Assembly: GCA_010015585.1 (NCBI GenBank)
Contig: ML975153.1
DNA from: Eremomyces bilateralis CBS 781.70
Taxonomy: Eukaryota
DNA length: 64,000 bases
Direction: 5' to 3' (one strand)
A model generated the notes under the pieces. The model was not told where the DNA came from. It ran no database searches and was given only the letters and a program-made list of their open reading frames with translations. Positions 62,311 through 64,000 of this stretch are shown here, piece after piece (position 1 is the first letter of the stretch; each line of letters opens with the position of its first letter). The position numbers were made by a program, and so were the translations under genes.

Positions 62311-64000
62311 ACGGCTCTCCATTCCATGAACAGTTAGCAAGTTGAAATCGTGAAACAGACGCGAGGCTCGCCTACGTCTAATGGTGGTAAAATCCTGGAA
62401 TGATTGATCCATGTTCAGGTGTACTGAATTGACTGTCGAATTGATGGTATGGAAATGGCATGCCCGAAGCAAATGTTGACATTTCAACACCCTCGCTTTG
62501 AAACCGAATGGCCTGATGATTCGACATCGATGCCCAATTCGGAGGTTTGAAATAATAAAAATAGTAAATCAAGCAGTGGCCAACATGGGAATGCCGCGTT
62601 TGAACTGGACTGAACAGACAACAACCGGTGATTCTTCGGTTCCAGTGGACGGAGCGTGCCTAACTTAGGATTTAAGTTACGGTCAAATCCGCTTCGTCCC
62701 AATTTGCCCCCTCATGTATACCAATGTAGGCATTTGCAAGGGCAGTTGTCAGGGCTTCACCATTTGATGTTCTTCGGATCAATCCAGACCTGCATAGCCA
62801 TGGTAATGGCCCACTGAACCCTACCCTGTAAGAAATGGAGCATGCCGCTTCCATCAGTCAGAATGAGGTCCATACTACTGCTAGAATGAATTTCAATTCT
62901 TCTGAAGCAAGATGGCAAAGGGCGATGATGGGCTCGCACCAATGTTCCTTGATAAAAGGAATTGATGTCGGCTTCTCCCCAAGGATAGGCACATCGGCCA
63001 GCAACCCCAGAGAGAATGCATGCATCATCAAATGCTCTGGTAGTCGCTTTGTCGCCGCACCATTCGACTGACTTGTCAGTTCAAAACTGACAGCGGTCGG
63101 GTTTCGCCAAGTCTTTACAATACTTCTTGCTTCCTCTTCAATTCAATAGTTTGAGGGCGGCTTGCGATACCACAATCTCACAACAGCGATGTCCAAAGCT
63201 ATTTATATTTTGGACATACTGGTTCACTGGAGAGCCGATATATCACGGTGCATTCGGTTTTGTGGGGGAGAACCAGGGAACAAGCTCTCCGGTTCTCTCG
63301 CAACACGAATCTTTCAACCTCAGCAAAGAGGTACCATTTCTAAACCGTCGATTTTTCCTATCTCCTTTACCATTGGCGGAAATCTGTAATTTTCCGGTGC
63401 CCAACTCTATTTCCTATACGCTCTTTGCATCATATCTCATATCAGTGCCTTCCGAGTCTGATAAAAGTCGAGGTGACGGTTTTGTGAGGGACGCGACTCT
63501 GGTTGGGCCTCCTATGCAACCCAAATCAATCGTTGGCCGACTATCTCATCCGGGTCAGAATATAGAAGCACTATGCTTCTATGGGCGGTAGGCGGGAAGA
63601 TGACGTCGATAGGTACATGAGGTCCTAGTAATGAGCCAACGAAGCTCCTGACATATGACGCCGAATGTATTTGGCTATCGATGCCTGGATGATTCTAGAG
63701 TGACGGACGGTTGCTCGCATTGCGTAGCTGTGGATACGGATCTGTTGCCTATAGGTAAAGTATGCGTTGTATCGTCGTCGCCCGAGGATGAAATCTGGGA
63801 TCCCAAGTAGAGAGGCCCACTATGACTTCCCTAATTAAGGTTGCTGGACGACTCAAAAGGATGTTCAGTGATCGATCAGACCAGGTCAGGGTCGCAGAAT
63901 CACTGGAACGAGGCGTCAAGGCGTCAAGGCACCCAACTGAGCATGGGGCGGGGCTTGGCAACGTCAGGCTCAACGTGATTGGCCAGCTTCGATCAAACAT

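Overview
Gene-dense eukaryotic DNA from a filamentous ascomycete (Pezizomycotina-like: short GT-AG introns with CTRAC/CTAAC branch sites, fungal-type proteins). It opens with a degenerate Tc1-family (DD34E) transposon. About 19 recognisable housekeeping or regulatory genes follow: an ABC1/ADCK kinase, the calcineurin-responsive TF CrzA, a TRI12-like MFS pump, PMT1, mitochondrial uL24, ALG14, a Ser/Thr-rich single-pass sensor, an expansin-like DPBB protein, eIF2B-beta, Nem1, Ecm25 RhoGAP, a conserved membrane protein, BCAT, Ard1, an FAD monooxygenase, RTA1, Trs130, a delta-12 desaturase and a PlsC acyltransferase. Two orphan-like loci lie near the end. I found no tRNA, rRNA, CRISPR array or secondary-metabolite backbone gene, and no clearly new multi-gene system. 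The best second-look items are a Nup98 GLEBS-like motif in an orphan ORF, a possibly structured long ARD1 intron, a hairpin-containing intron, GC-AG introns, Leu3/Gcn4-type sites upstream of BCAT, and sharp C-to-G skew flips inside genes. Identifications come from motif recognition by eye, not database searches.
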